A stretch of DNA of 64,000 nucleotides, taken from Lytechinus pictus (Eukaryota). The notes beneath the pieces were generated by a model. It saw nothing but the letters and a program-made list of their open reading frames with translations. It was not told the DNA's origin and ran no database searches. The DNA lies in NCBI RefSeq assembly GCF_037042905.1, contig NC_087245.1:12960001-13024000 (forward strand). Reading direction: 5' to 3'. This document shows, piece by piece, positions 62,501 to 64,000 of this stretch. A program made the position numbers and the translations under genes. Position 1 is the first letter of the stretch. Every line of letters starts with the position of its first letter.

Positions 62501-63658
62501 TATTTACTTGTAACTTTTGTTTTTGGTTGTGAAAAAAAAAAATGGTTAAAAAATGAGTAAAATGGAAGAACAAAAGAAGACACTGTTGATTGCGGATGCT
62601 ACAATTTCATTAGATAAAAAATAATTTACTTTCTCTCATTGTGACGAATGGTAATCGGTAGCATGGTTATTTTGGAGGGAAATGGGAGATAGAAAAATGA
62701 AACGTAGAACGAGACGAGGAGAGCGTTGGGAGGTATGATTTCAGACCCACTATTCGAGTCACATTTACCCGCTTCACTCTTTGAAATTGCAACATACAAT
62801 CTTCAGGAACAATTTTTTTTTTATTACAACAGTGCTGCGTGGAAAAATAGACTGTAAAGAAAACTATAATTTATGAAAAGAAGATACTAAAGGCGATTTA
62901 TAGTGAAACATTGAGGCCACCGTCTTGAAGCCCAGAAGCCAAAAGTCACAAAATAGTTGCGGACTTTCGTTGCGCAGTGTTAAATCATTATTATCGTACT
63001 TGCAAGGGAATATTCACCCTCTTTTATTCATTCTGGAAAATAAAAGTATTTGGTATGCTGTGATTTCACTCAAAACGGATTAACGTCGTAATTATACACT
63101 TTGCAATGATCTCTATACAAGAAGGTAAAGAGACCATTCATGAGTAGCGTGATAATAGGCAATGAAAAAAGCACTAGAGCAGATAACAAAGCGGTATTGA
63201 TCGAACCCGACCTGTCCGCGCATGCTGATTGCCCTTACGCATTTTTGTACATGGTGCCTATTGACTTGGGGGAAAGCGAAGATTTGACAAAATAACATGA
63301 CTTTTTCCTCGTAAATTTCTTAACTATTATGTTGATTTGAGAAGCGAAACCTTTATTTCTAGAAAGAAAAATTTCTGATCTTTCATCTTTACATTTACTA
63401 AAAATCCTGAAAATACATCAGTTTGGCGCAATTATCAGTTGATTCGGAAAACTCCGCGACAGATCCAAATACCTGTACCAGCGATGTACCAAAAACGGCT
63501 CCGCTGCAGGGAGAACTATCCGGATTCGCGGGCCTGCACCCAAAGGGTTATTCTTACGTTTTTGTATACGGTTTTGGAAAAAAATGCTTCCGTGGCCCCT
63601 GTGCTGTACGAATTGCGATTGAACGGATTTGTTATGTTCTGATATTCCAATCCCATAG

Positions 63659-63799
63659 GATGATAACACCTCAATAATGATAGACCATGATCTGCAGCAT
63701 AATACATCACTACATAACAGCAATAGAGAGATGGACAACCTACTGGCAACAGGGTCTGCAACAATCGCTAATCTCAGAGACCAAAGAGGAATGTTAAAG
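63659..63799 (+). CDS. GOSR2: GOSR2/membrin exon 5 (141 nt, DDNTSIMIDHDLQHNTSLHNSNREMDNLLATGSATIANLRDQRGMLK; start of SNARE motif)
   Basis: CCCATAG| acceptor and AAG|GTGAAA donor. Open 47-codon exon with the MD.LL..G...LR.QR..LK Qb-SNARE pattern. The terminal exon is not in the window. Confidence 0.92.
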
Positions 63800-64000
63800 G
63801 TGAAAACCCCATTGAGTGTCCCCAAACTATCATTAGAATGAGGAAAAATAGATTTTTACTGCACAAAGAGGAGAGTTGGACTTCTGTGATGTCCATCTTA
63901 AATCTTTGTTGCATTGCTGATGGGAGGATTGATTGATTCATTCATTTATTTCCACTGGAAAACCAAGAACATTTCATGTACAATTTCAATGAGGTTGAAA

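Noticed and set aside
60530..63630. One large TIR element filling GOSR2 intron 4
   Set aside because: Only short, gapped inverted matches (ATCCGTT/AACGGAT, CCAC.GAAGC/GCTTCCGTGG) and no clear TSD, which is insufficient support.
63418..63825. 135-aa minus-strand ORF and overlapping + ORFs
   Set aside because: These are antisense or out-of-frame shadows of GOSR2 exon 5 and the adjacent intron.

Overview
AT-rich, repeat-dense animal genomic DNA. It is not prokaryotic; the repeat landscape looks like a marine invertebrate, possibly a sea urchin, but that is inference only. Almost all ORFs in the supplied track are spurious. One intact host gene is present on the + strand: exons 1-5 of GOSR2/membrin (Golgi Qb-SNARE) at 49293-63799. 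The coding exons are 29/65/109/133/141 nt and splice in frame; the last exon (transmembrane segment) lies beyond the window. The rest is mobile or repetitive DNA. This includes a ~10.7 kb satellite of ~160-bp monomers with higher-order structure, a ~28-bp minisatellite and a decayed DIRS-type retrotransposon (gag zinc knuckle, RT, RNase H) split by a MITE. There is also a decayed, tandemly amplified minus-strand element with remnant motifs suggestive of a tyrosine recombinase plus a SET domain. Smaller elements include a deleted mariner, tRNA-derived SINEs, Helentron/DINE-1-like elements and many TIR MITEs, including a multi-level nest at 37.7-40.1 kb. I found no convincing new biological system. 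The best leads are the putative YR+SET element and the structured-core satellite.
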